Shown one piece after another: positions 9,656-18,514 of a stretch of 64,000 nucleotides of DNA. Below the pieces are notes generated by a model that worked only from the letters and a program-made list of their open reading frames with translations, did no database searches and was not told where the DNA came from. Source of the stretch: a virus; IMG/VR virus record IMGVR_UViG_3300044645_002754, positions 6,803-70,802 of that record; one strand, 5' to 3'. A program made the position numbers and the translations under genes. The first letter of the stretch is position 1, and every line of letters begins with the position of its first letter.

Positions 9656-10666
9656 ATGGCCGACTACGCCATCGGGCTGTCGTTCCACAAGGCTCACCGG
9701 ACCATCGTCCGTGCCGTGGACCTGACACCCCCCTGCCGCTACTTCGCTTCCCGCGACGCCGCCGGCATGATCACCCTGCCCACCCTCGACGCCGGCTCCA
9801 GCTACGTCGAACTGCAGGGCATCACCCAGACCAGCTTCCAGATCAACGACAACAACCAGGAGTTCCGTCTCCTCGGTGACGACGGTTGGATGGACAGCGT
9901 CATCACCGGTTCCTCCGTGCAGGCATCGGTGACCGCCTACTTCCTGAAGGACGCCGAAATCCCCGCCGGCCAAAACTGCCCCACCTTCCGCGGCAACTAC
10001 GACGAGGGCTTCAACCTCATCCAGAAAGCCCGCTACAACAAGGACTTCGAGATCTACATCGAATTCCTGAAGGAACTGGGCCAGGCCAACGGCTCCTCCG
10101 GTAACTACATCTACGACTTCACCGGCTTCAACGCGGTGATCCAGAACTACCAGGAGTCCATGAACGCCGAAGGTCTCACCGAGATCACCTTCGACCTCAT
10201 GTCCCGCGCCCGCCCCGTCTTCGGCCGCTACGACGGTGGCTCCACCCCGATCAGCTTCGGCGGCGTCCAGTCCAGCCTCTTGTTCACCGCACCCTCCAGC
10301 GGCACCCGCCGCTACGCCGTGGTCCCTGCCGACAACGCTTCGGCTGTGGTGGTGGGCAACGACCTGACCGTGACCTACACCTCCGACGGCACTGCCGCCC
10401 TGACCCAACTGGCCCTCGGCCAGACCGATGGCAGCGGCTTCCGCCTGGAAGTGGCCTCCACCGGTGCCAAGGTCGACGCTGCTGTCACCCTGGCCAGCAA
10501 CGTGGTGACCATCAACCCGAGCGCGAACCTCTCGGCCGCCACCATCTACCGCCTGCGTGTCGCCGACGGCGCCATCACCCAGGCTGTGGACGCCAACGGC
10601 AACGCTTCTGCCTCTGGCATCAAGCGTCCGCTGCAGGGCTTCACCACCACCTTCCGCACCGCCTGA
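9656..10666 (+). CDS. Major tail tube protein with a C-terminal Ig-like domain
   Basis: AAGGAG RBS; strong codon bias; C-terminal VVTINPSANLSAATIYRLRV...TTFRT is Big_5-like; followed by a terminator. Confidence 0.8.
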   Translation: MADYAIGLSFHKAHRTIVRAVDLTPPCRYFASRDAAGMITLPTLDAGSSYVELQGITQTSFQINDNNQEFRLLGDDGWMDSVITGSSVQASVTAYFLKDAEIPAGQNCPTFRGNYDEGFNLIQKARYNKDFEIYIEFLKELGQANGSSGNYIYDFTGFNAVIQNYQESMNAEGLTEITFDLMSRARPVFGRYDGGSTPISFGGVQSSLLFTAPSSGTRRYAVVPADNASAVVVGNDLTVTYTSDGTAALTQLALGQTDGSGFRLEVASTGAKVDAAVTLASNVVTINPSANLSAATIYRLRVADGAITQAVDANGNASASGIKRPLQGFTTTFRTA

Positions 10667-10690
10667 TCCCGAGCGCGGTTCTTTACCTCC

Positions 10691-10715
10691 AGGCCCCGAA
10701 CTCCGGGGCCTTTTT
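10691..10715 (+). terminator. Rho-independent terminator
   Basis: AGGCCCCG-aactc-CGGGGCCT-TTTT. Confidence 0.85.
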
Positions 10716-10724
10716 CATGCCGTC

Positions 10725-10958
10725 ATGCACCACGATCTCCTTCTCAACCCGATCAACACGGTCTACGCAGTGAACTGCCGGGTAGAGGGCTCCACGCTCC
10801 ACTGTGGTGCCCTGTACCTGGAGCCCCTGATCCCCTCACAGCATATACGCCTAGCGTATAACGACGCTAGTCTGGACGTAGAACTTCCCCTTGAGCTGCT
10901 CAACCTCCCGGACGCAACACGAGCCTGGGAAGTAGACCTCCCCCTCTGCGATGAGTAA
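10725..10958 (+). CDS. Small hypothetical protein
   Basis: ATG 10725, 77 aa. Confidence 0.55.
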   Translation: MHHDLLLNPINTVYAVNCRVEGSTLHCGALYLEPLIPSQHIRLAYNDASLDVELPLELLNLPDATRAWEVDLPLCDE

Positions 10959-11501
10959 TTAAGGGCGGCTCCCTCCTCTCAGCAGCTGCGACACACGCAC
11001 GCTTGACACCCCGAAGTGCTGGGCTAGCACCCGAGTTGTGGCCTGGGTCTCGGCGTATAAGCGTCTCAGCTCATCAACCTGAAAATCATTAAGCACAGCT
11101 CGTGGGTGCTGCTCGCCTCGACAAGTTCGTCCATGCTTTTGCCTGTCGTCGGCATTCTCTTGAGCGGTGCCGTAGACGAGGTTCTCAAGCCTGTTGTTGT
11201 CGACATCTCCGTCTAGGTGACGGGTGACAAGGCCGCAGGGCCTTTGGCCATAAAACGTTGCTGTGACAAGCTTGTGGACAGCGACATAGCATCTCGTACC
11301 TTCTCGGCAAAGGATCACGCCCCAGTAGCCCGTTGTCATCTTGATGGGCTTCAAGATGACACCTTTTCGGCATCGTGTGACAGAGCTGAACCCCTGAACG
11401 TATGTGCTGACACGATCTTCAGACTTGATTCGCCCGTGAGAGGAAGCCTGGTAGAGGTCTCCCCACTCCGGGATAGGCTTCCAGATTTCCACACAGCACA
11501 T
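10959..11501 (-). CDS. NUMOD4/HNH homing endonuclease
   Basis: EIWKPIPEWGDLYQASSHGRIKS (NUMOD4); VHKLVTATF..RHLDGDVDNNRLENL..ENADD (HNH); antisense and lower GC. Confidence 0.9.
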   Translation of the reverse strand: MCCVEIWKPIPEWGDLYQASSHGRIKSEDRVSTYVQGFSSVTRCRKGVILKPIKMTTGYWGVILCREGTRCYVAVHKLVTATFYGQRPCGLVTRHLDGDVDNNRLENLVYGTAQENADDRQKHGRTCRGEQHPRAVLNDFQVDELRRLYAETQATTRVLAQHFGVSSVRVSQLLRGGSRP

Positions 11502-11569
11502 CCCTACAGCGCCAACTCTATACGCTGAGCGGATATCGGCGGTACAATTGGTTCAGCACACCCGCCGCT

Positions 11570-12118
11570 ATGTCGAAATACGCCAGCCTTCTCTTCTCCC
11601 CTGAGAAGTACCACGAGATCGGCCCCTTCCGCTTCCCGATCTACAACGATCTTGTGCCTGGCGAAGCAAAGGGTATCGAGGAAATCTCACGGAAGCAGTC
11701 CAAATCCACCTTCCGTTCGATCAAACTCGCACAACGCATCGCAAAAGACAAAGGAATTAGCACCAAAGAAGCCGTCGACCTCCTCAGCCAGGCCGGCGAA
11801 GAAGCCAATCAAGACCTCCTCTACGACTACGCCAGCGACCTCGAAGAGCTCCAGAAAGACACCATCGGAGCTGTCGCCCAGCAGGTCGCCTTCGTGACCC
11901 TGTTCATGCGCTACCGCGGAGAAGCCAAGCTCCCAGGCGCCGACGACTGGTCCAAGCTCCCCGATTGGAGCGAGGACGACACCGAAGCCATGCCAACCAA
12001 AGTCATGGAAGACGTGTTCTCCCTGATTCTCTGGGAGCGCGATGGCTGGCCGGAGCCTGACGCGGGAAACGATTCGGAGGCCGAACCCGAGTTCAGCCCA
12101 CCCCGGAAGAAGTCCTAG
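11570..12118 (+). CDS. Tail assembly chaperone (gpG-like)
   Basis: Between tail tube and tape measure genes; in-frame G GGA AAC slippery site near the 3' end. Confidence 0.85.
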   Translation: MSKYASLLFSPEKYHEIGPFRFPIYNDLVPGEAKGIEEISRKQSKSTFRSIKLAQRIAKDKGISTKEAVDLLSQAGEEANQDLLYDYASDLEELQKDTIGAVAQQVAFVTLFMRYRGEAKLPGADDWSKLPDWSEDDTEAMPTKVMEDVFSLILWERDGWPEPDAGNDSEAEPEFSPPRKKS

Positions 12119-12549
12119 CCGAGGCCGAGGCGCACCTCCGCTCCCCGATCACCAACTGGGATGCGATCTACGTGCGCCTCCGCACTTCCGCCCTCGGAGC
12201 AGACTTCCCTGCGGAGCGTTTCCTACGCACCCCAATTAGCACGGTGCGCTGGGTCTTGCGCGAGCTCGACGATCAGGAAAAAGCCCAGGCGAACATCAAC
12301 GCAATCACCTCAGCGCGCCTGACCAACCTCGTGCTGCAGGTTGCTCACGGCTTCTCCAACTCCAAGCGCGCCGCACCCAAATCAAAGCCCGAGGACTTCC
12401 TTCCCTTCCCCAACTGGAGACCCTCCAACCAAGAGGCCGACGGCCCCGATCAGCCAACCAAATTCATCCTCAGCGAGCTGCTCCGCAACCGCCAAATCCC
12501 AATGCACGTCTTCGTCGCCCTCATCACCCCCTCCGAGAGCCGGCCGTAG
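12064..12549 (+). CDS. Tail assembly chaperone, -1 frameshift extension (gpGT-like)
   Basis: The -1 frame is open from GGGAAAC (12064-12070) to TAG 12549. Confidence 0.85.
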   Translation, partial: GKRFGGRTRVQPTPEEVLAEAEAHLRSPITNWDAIYVRLRTSALGADFPAERFLRTPISTVRWVLRELDDQEKAQANINAITSARLTNLVLQVAHGFSNSKRAAPKSKPEDFLPFPNWRPSNQEADGPDQPTKFILSELLRNRQIPMHVFVALITPSESRP

Positions 12550-12576
12550 CATACGGATAACGAATAGCGCTGGTTG

Positions 12577-15500
12577 GTGGCAGATTTTCGCCTGCGGGTC
12601 ACAGCGGAAACGCAGGACGCGGAGCGCAAACTGCGTGCCGTAGACAAGACAGCGGCCGAAGCCACCAAGAACCGCAACATCAAGGTTGATGTCTCCAGCT
12701 TCCAGGACATCAACAAACGCTTCAAAGACATCAACGCGAGTGTCAAAGAAGCTGGCAACAACATCCAGACCTTCTACCGCTTCAGCAAAAACATCCCCGG
12801 AATCGGCGAGCGCGTCCGCGAGGTCGAGGGTCTCGCCAAGGGCACGGCAAACCTTGCCCGCTCCGCCCCCGAGTCCGCCGCTGCTCTGCGCGAGAACGCC
12901 AAAGCCGGGGCCATCCTCTCCAACTCGTTCGAGGCCGCCGGCGGTGCTGCCGGTCGCCTGATCAACAACCTGGCCAAGGCCGGCTTCGCCCTCTTCGCCG
13001 TCAAGGAAGCGGTCGGCCTTGTCCAAGCAGCCTTCGGTGGCTTCTTCAACGAGACCATCGGCCGCGAGATCAAGCTCCGCGAGACGATCCTCAAGACCCA
13101 GACCACCCTCGCCTCTACCAACAAGGTCTTCCGCAACGGCACGGAGATCACCGACCCGTACCAAAAGATCGTTGCCCTGACCGGCGAGGTCGCCAAGCGC
13201 ATCGACAGCATCCGAGAGCGCTCCATCGCCCTGGCCGGCGTCACCTCCAACGAGGTGATCGAAGTCTTCGGCATCGTTGCCTCCCAGATCGGTCAAATCG
13301 GTGGGGGCCTGAAAGACGCCGAAGACCTGGCAATCAACTTCGCCGCCGCCCTCGGCACCTTCGGCATCCCCCTGTACCAGGCGCGCCAAGAGATCGGCTC
13401 GATCCTCCGGGGTGACATCACCACCGACTCCTACCTGGCCAAAGCGCTGGGTATCACCAACCAGGACGTCGCCAACGCCAAGACCCAGGCCGGCGGTGTT
13501 ATCAAATTCCTCGAGGAGCGCCTCGCCGCCTCAGTGGCCGGCCAGCGGATCGCCGCTCAAGGCTTCTCCGGTGTCGTCTCCAACATCCGCGACCTTGGCG
13601 AACTGATCAGCCAGAAGTTCGGCGCCGGTCTGCTCAACCCCATGCTCGGGGGCCTGACCAAAGTCTTCGACTTCCTCTTCAAGATCCGCGAAGAGGTCTT
13701 CGCCATCAGCGAGGGCCTTGGCCGCGGACTGGGCTCCCTGCTGAGCACCAACCTCAGCGCTATCAGCGGTGGCTCGGCCCTGTTTGGACAAATAGGCGCC
13801 GGTGCCGAAGGATTCGCCGCCCAGCTCACCGAGAGCGTCAAAAAAGCCTTCGCTTCCCTCCAGGCCAGCGCCAACACGGTCATCGCGCCGCTGCGCAATC
13901 TGTTCGAAGAGATCGCCAAGTCCATCGGTTTGGTGGGCGCTGGCCTGGCCCGTCTTGCCCAGGGCTTCCTCTCGATCCAAATCGAGAACTTCAAAGCCCT
14001 CGTCCAGATCTTCTCCAACCTCAGCGAGGCCGTCACCGCGTTCTCCGCAGTTCTGGGGCAAGTCCTCCGCGCCTACGGCCAGCTCCTGCAGGTTCCCTTC
14101 GTCCAGTACCTCAGCCAGATCTCTGCGCAGTTCCAACTGCTTGAAAAGATCGGCGTGATGTCCGTGATCAAGCTCGGCTTTGCGGCCGGCGCGTTGATCG
14201 CGGCCTGGACGCCGATTGTCACCTTCGTCCAGGGCCTCGTCGCCCGGATCGCCACGTTGCTCGGTGGCCTGGTCATCGCCGTCGGTGCTGCGTTCACCCG
14301 TCTGGGGGCTGTCGTCGCTGCCTTCGCGGCCACGCTCACCGCCACCTACCCCGCTGCTGAAGCCCTGAAACAGCAGCTGCTGGGCCTGGCCACTTCACTG
14401 ACAGCAGCCGGCACTGCCGCAGATAAGGCCGGTGTCTCTGTGACCCGTTTCGGCGGAGCCACGACCGCAGCAGCCCGCGCTGCCGGCACCGCAATCCTGA
14501 GCTTCGTCAAGTTCAACCTGATCCTGCTGGCGATCCAAATCGCCGTCACCGTCCTGGTGGACCTCTTCGGCCGCTTCCAGCGCGCCCAAGAGGAAGCCAC
14601 CCGCTCCGAGCGCGCCGCCGAAGCCCTCCGCCGCCTCCAAACCAAGTACAAAGACGTCGGTGACGCCGCGGACAGCGCCACCAAATCAGCCCGCGACTTC
14701 GAGCAAGCCCTCGTCGATGCCGAGTACGGCAAGAACCTCGACGCCCTCGAAAAAGTCCGCGAAAAGATCAACCAGATCCGCTACGAGCTCAAGCCCGGCA
14801 TCCAGAGCTGGCGCGAGTTCTGGGATGCGCTCTCCGGCTCCGAGGTCGGGCGCTTCGAGGAGCGCTCTCGCCAAATGCTCCAGGGCCTCCAGGCCGAAGA
14901 GCAGAAGATCAAGGGACAACTCAGCGCCGTCGACCGCGAGCGCGACAAGCGAAGCATCAACGAAAAGATCACCCTCGAGGCCGAGAAACGGGTCAACCTC
15001 GAAAAAGAGATCGGGGACCTACGCAAGCAGCAGGACGACCAGCTCTTCCAGCTGCGCCAGCAACGCGCCCAAAAGGAAGTCGACATCTTCCGCGCCGCTG
15101 GTGAGCTCCGCATCTTCCAGATGGAGCAGGCGAACAAGAAGCTCATCGAGGGCGAAGAAGGCGCCTCCGCTGCAGCGCTCGACGCCCTGAACAACTACCT
15201 GTCCATCCGCGAGCGAGGCGAGCTGGACATCGAATCCGGCAAGAAACAGCTGGTGATCGAGGCCGCCAACCTGGAGCGCCAGATCTCGGACTACCGGCTC
15301 GAGAACGAGAAGAAGATCGCTGAGATCCGCAAGCGCGCCGGTGATTACGAGAAGAACGTCTCGGATTACCGCCGTCAGCTGGCTGGCCAGAGCCCCGTCG
15401 GTGGTGCAACGGGCCTGACCCAGGGCAACACCGGAACCAGCTCCAGCGGTCCCCACTTCCACGTCTCCGGCGCTGGCAGCGAGGCCGAAGCCCGCGCCAT

Positions 15501-17649
15501 CTTTGCCCCTGACGTCAATCGCCAACTGACGCTGACCGATAGACCCGGCAGCGCACGCAGCGGTGGTCGCACGCATCAGGGCTACGACCTCGCAGGACCC
15601 GCCGGAACCCCGCTGAACCTGGCCCAGGGCTACACCCTGCAGAACTTCACCCGCGACCCCAAAGGACTCGGCGGCAACTACGCCACCATCGCTGGGCCCA
15701 AGGGCCAGAGCTACAAGGTCATGCACCTGGCTGACCCGGGCTCGGCCTACAAAGGCCCGGGCAGTGCCGTGGCAGCACCCCAAGCTCCGTCCTTCGCGGA
15801 CGTCGCTGCGCCTGCCGTGGAGAAGTACGCCTCCGCGGTCCGCTCCCTGTCCTCCGCCATGGAGCGCCTCCGCGCACTCCAAGAGGCCCTCACCAACGCC
15901 AAGACTGCCGCTGCCTTCGAGGAAATCGCCAAGGCGGCCTTCCCCAAGATCAACGTCGAGCAGTACAAGGATCAGCTCGTCGAAGCCCAGACCGCTCTCG
16001 CAGCCCTGGCAGCCACCTCAGGCCAGGCTTACGACCCCGAGGCCCTCAAGCTCTCCGTCGACGAGATCGCCAAGCGCAAGATCCAAGAGCGCGAAATCGC
16101 CGAGATCCTCACCAAGGCCGAAGCACAGCGCAAAGCCGGCAAGCTCTCCGAGGCCGAATTCAACAAACTCAAGGACTCCCTCAAAGCCAAACAGGCCGAC
16201 TACCTCAAGCAGCTCGAAGCCGAGCGCAAGCTCCGCCAGCAGGTCCTGGAGATCACGCGCCAGCAACAGGCCGTCGAGGATCTCCGCGCCTCCACCCAGA
16301 AGGTGGGCTTCGACCTCCAACGCGCCCGTGTCCAAGGGACAGCCGCGATGGGCGAAGCCTTCGCTGGTGACGACCCCATGCTGCGTCGCCGCGCCGAGGC
16401 CGAAGCAGCCATCGCCCAAAAGCGCATCGAGCTCGAGGAGAAGTACGGCAAAAACAGCGCGCAAGCGCAGGAAGAACTGCGCAAATTCGCTGAAGCCACC
16501 CGCGCTGCCGCCGGAAAGCTCGCCGCCATCGACAAGGAAGTCGCCAACTTCCAGAAGGCCATGGCCCTGATCCGCGAGAGCGCCCGCACGATCACCGATG
16601 GCTTCAAGGGCTTCACCAAGACCGTCCTGACCGGCGGCGACATCCAAGAAGCCATGGTCACGATGCTCGAAGGCATCACCGACAAGTTCTTGAACATGGC
16701 CCTCGACGCCGCGTTCAAGCCCCTCGAAGACCTACTGGCCCAGAACTTCAAAGACTTCTTCGGCGTCGAGGACCCCACCCAGGCCCTCCAAGCCGAAAAC
16801 AACGCTGCGCTCTCGGCCAACACCGCTGCACTGAACAGCGTTGCTGCTGCACTTGGCGGCACCGGCGCTGCGGGCCCAGTACCCATCCCCGTCGAGCCCT
16901 ACAAACCCGGCGCCCCAGCAGGCGGTGACAACCCCGAGGCCGCAGCCAACGGCGCCGCTGCTCAATCCGCCCAACAGGCCGCCGAAGCCACCAACCAACA
17001 AGCCGAAGCCAACAAGAAAGCAGCCGAGAGCGCCAAGGGTGCTGGCCAAGGCATGGCGGGCCTCACCAACGTCATTGGCGGCCTGGCCGGCATCGCTGCT
17101 GGGGCCGGTGCCATCGCCGGCGGCGTCGGAATGATGGGCAAAGGCGGCACCTACAACACCCTGATGGGCCTGGCCGGCATCTTCGGTGGCATCGGTGGCA
17201 TCGCCGGTGGCTTCACCGGATTCTTCCGCGCCTCCGGCGGCCCGGTCTCCGCCAACCGCCCCTACATCGTGGGCGAACAGGGCCCCGAGCTCTTCTCCCC
17301 AGCTGGGAACGGCACGATCACCTCCAACCAGGACCTGTTCTCCGCCAACCGCGGTGCCATGGGCGGTGCCTCAGCCGGTGGTTCCGATCCCTTCTCCCAG
17401 AACCGCTCCGCCATCTCCTACAGCCAGGCGGCCATGGAGCGCCGCACCGAGACCGAGCGCGCCCAACGCGCCGTCTCCAACCCCAGCCCCATCGACATCC
17501 GCTACGAGGCCAGCGTCATCAACAACGTCGAATACGTCACCACCGACCAATTCCGCAGCGGCCTCAACCAAGCCGCCGAGCGTGGCCGCGCCCTTGCCTA
17601 CAACGGCATCCAGAACAGCACCAAAGTCCGTAGCCGCCTCGGAGTCTGA
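12577..17649 (+). CDS. Tape measure protein with an embedded M23-like peptidase domain
   Basis: About 1690 aa, Ala-rich and helical; C-terminal RASGGPV..YIVGEQGPELF; HxGxD and HxH motifs at 15421-15730. Confidence 0.92.
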   Translation: MADFRLRVTAETQDAERKLRAVDKTAAEATKNRNIKVDVSSFQDINKRFKDINASVKEAGNNIQTFYRFSKNIPGIGERVREVEGLAKGTANLARSAPESAAALRENAKAGAILSNSFEAAGGAAGRLINNLAKAGFALFAVKEAVGLVQAAFGGFFNETIGREIKLRETILKTQTTLASTNKVFRNGTEITDPYQKIVALTGEVAKRIDSIRERSIALAGVTSNEVIEVFGIVASQIGQIGGGLKDAEDLAINFAAALGTFGIPLYQARQEIGSILRGDITTDSYLAKALGITNQDVANAKTQAGGVIKFLEERLAASVAGQRIAAQGFSGVVSNIRDLGELISQKFGAGLLNPMLGGLTKVFDFLFKIREEVFAISEGLGRGLGSLLSTNLSAISGGSALFGQIGAGAEGFAAQLTESVKKAFASLQASANTVIAPLRNLFEEIAKSIGLVGAGLARLAQGFLSIQIENFKALVQIFSNLSEAVTAFSAVLGQVLRAYGQLLQVPFVQYLSQISAQFQLLEKIGVMSVIKLGFAAGALIAAWTPIVTFVQGLVARIATLLGGLVIAVGAAFTRLGAVVAAFAATLTATYPAAEALKQQLLGLATSLTAAGTAADKAGVSVTRFGGATTAAARAAGTAILSFVKFNLILLAIQIAVTVLVDLFGRFQRAQEEATRSERAAEALRRLQTKYKDVGDAADSATKSARDFEQALVDAEYGKNLDALEKVREKINQIRYELKPGIQSWREFWDALSGSEVGRFEERSRQMLQGLQAEEQKIKGQLSAVDRERDKRSINEKITLEAEKRVNLEKEIGDLRKQQDDQLFQLRQQRAQKEVDIFRAAGELRIFQMEQANKKLIEGEEGASAAALDALNNYLSIRERGELDIESGKKQLVIEAANLERQISDYRLENEKKIAEIRKRAGDYEKNVSDYRRQLAGQSPVGGATGLTQGNTGTSSSGPHFHVSGAGSEAEARAIFAPDVNRQLTLTDRPGSARSGGRTHQGYDLAGPAGTPLNLAQGYTLQNFTRDPKGLGGNYATIAGPKGQSYKVMHLADPGSAYKGPGSAVAAPQAPSFADVAAPAVEKYASAVRSLSSAMERLRALQEALTNAKTAAAFEEIAKAAFPKINVEQYKDQLVEAQTALAALAATSGQAYDPEALKLSVDEIAKRKIQEREIAEILTKAEAQRKAGKLSEAEFNKLKDSLKAKQADYLKQLEAERKLRQQVLEITRQQQAVEDLRASTQKVGFDLQRARVQGTAAMGEAFAGDDPMLRRRAEAEAAIAQKRIELEEKYGKNSAQAQEELRKFAEATRAAAGKLAAIDKEVANFQKAMALIRESARTITDGFKGFTKTVLTGGDIQEAMVTMLEGITDKFLNMALDAAFKPLEDLLAQNFKDFFGVEDPTQALQAENNAALSANTAALNSVAAALGGTGAAGPVPIPVEPYKPGAPAGGDNPEAAANGAAAQSAQQAAEATNQQAEANKKAAESAKGAGQGMAGLTNVIGGLAGIAAGAGAIAGGVGMMGKGGTYNTLMGLAGIFGGIGGIAGGFTGFFRASGGPVSANRPYIVGEQGPELFSPAGNGTITSNQDLFSANRGAMGGASAGGSDPFSQNRSAISYSQAAMERRTETERAQRAVSNPSPIDIRYEASVINNVEYVTTDQFRSGLNQAAERGRALAYNGIQNSTKVRSRLGV

Positions 17650-18122
17650 TGGCCAACCTCGCCCTCGCCAACTACATCCGCTTCAAGACCAAAGCCGGGG
17701 CCTACACCAGCTACGCCTTCGCCAACTTCCACATCCAAGAAACCCGCACCTACAACAACGTCGACTACACCTTCGTGCCCTTCGCCCTGAGCGGCATGAC
17801 CAGCAGCCGCGGTGGCGACCGCCCCGAGTCCGCCCTCGTCACCCCCTGCACCCAACTCTCGATGCAACTCCTCACCGAGGCCGTCGAATCCAAGTGGCTG
17901 CTGGAGATCAAAACCGTGCTGCTCGACAGCGATACATTTCAAGAGACCGCATTGATTTCGACAGAAATGTGGTCAGTCACGCGCCTTGATCACGACCTTC
18001 AAAAGATCAACGTTCGTCTGACCTCTCCCTTAGACGCGGTGAAAGGGACCGTCCCCCGTCGCTACCTCCACACCCGACTGGTCGGGGCCGTTCCCGGCAC
18101 GGGCAACATCACCGTTTCATGA
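17649..18122 (+). CDS. Minor tail / tail tip protein
   Basis: Directly after the tape measure gene; TGATG coupling. Confidence 0.65.
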   Translation: MANLALANYIRFKTKAGAYTSYAFANFHIQETRTYNNVDYTFVPFALSGMTSSRGGDRPESALVTPCTQLSMQLLTEAVESKWLLEIKTVLLDSDTFQETALISTEMWSVTRLDHDLQKINVRLTSPLDAVKGTVPRRYLHTRLVGAVPGTGNITVS

Positions 18123-18514
18123 ACCAGACAGCCACCATCCCCACCTGGAGAAGGTTCATCGGCCTCCCCCACGCCCTCGCCGCTGACCCCCACCAAGGAG
18201 AAGCAGCGGACTGTCTGCTCGTCGCTTTTTCCGTCCTCACCGAGGCCGGCCGCCCTCACCCCGAACCCAACCCGCACTGGTTCGAACTCGCCCGCGCCAG
18301 CCGCTGGAGCGAACTGCAAACGATCTGGTCGGACCTGACCGAACCCCTCTCCGGCCCCGAGCCCTACGCCGTCACCCTGATCAAAAACGGTCCCGCCGGC
18401 CTGGGCGTCGGCGTGGTCGTCGACGACGGCCTGCTGATCACCCACCACCGGCGCGGGGTCAGCTGGGTTCCGCTCTCAGCCCTCAAGCCCCTGAGCTTCG
18501 CGAGGTTCAAGTGA
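18119..18514 (+). CDS. Tail assembly protein, NlpC/P60-like (lambda K-like)
   Basis: FIGLPH..ADCLL motif; position before the tip protein. Confidence 0.6.
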   Translation: MNQTATIPTWRRFIGLPHALAADPHQGEAADCLLVAFSVLTEAGRPHPEPNPHWFELARASRWSELQTIWSDLTEPLSGPEPYAVTLIKNGPAGLGVGVVVDDGLLITHHRRGVSWVPLSALKPLSFARFK

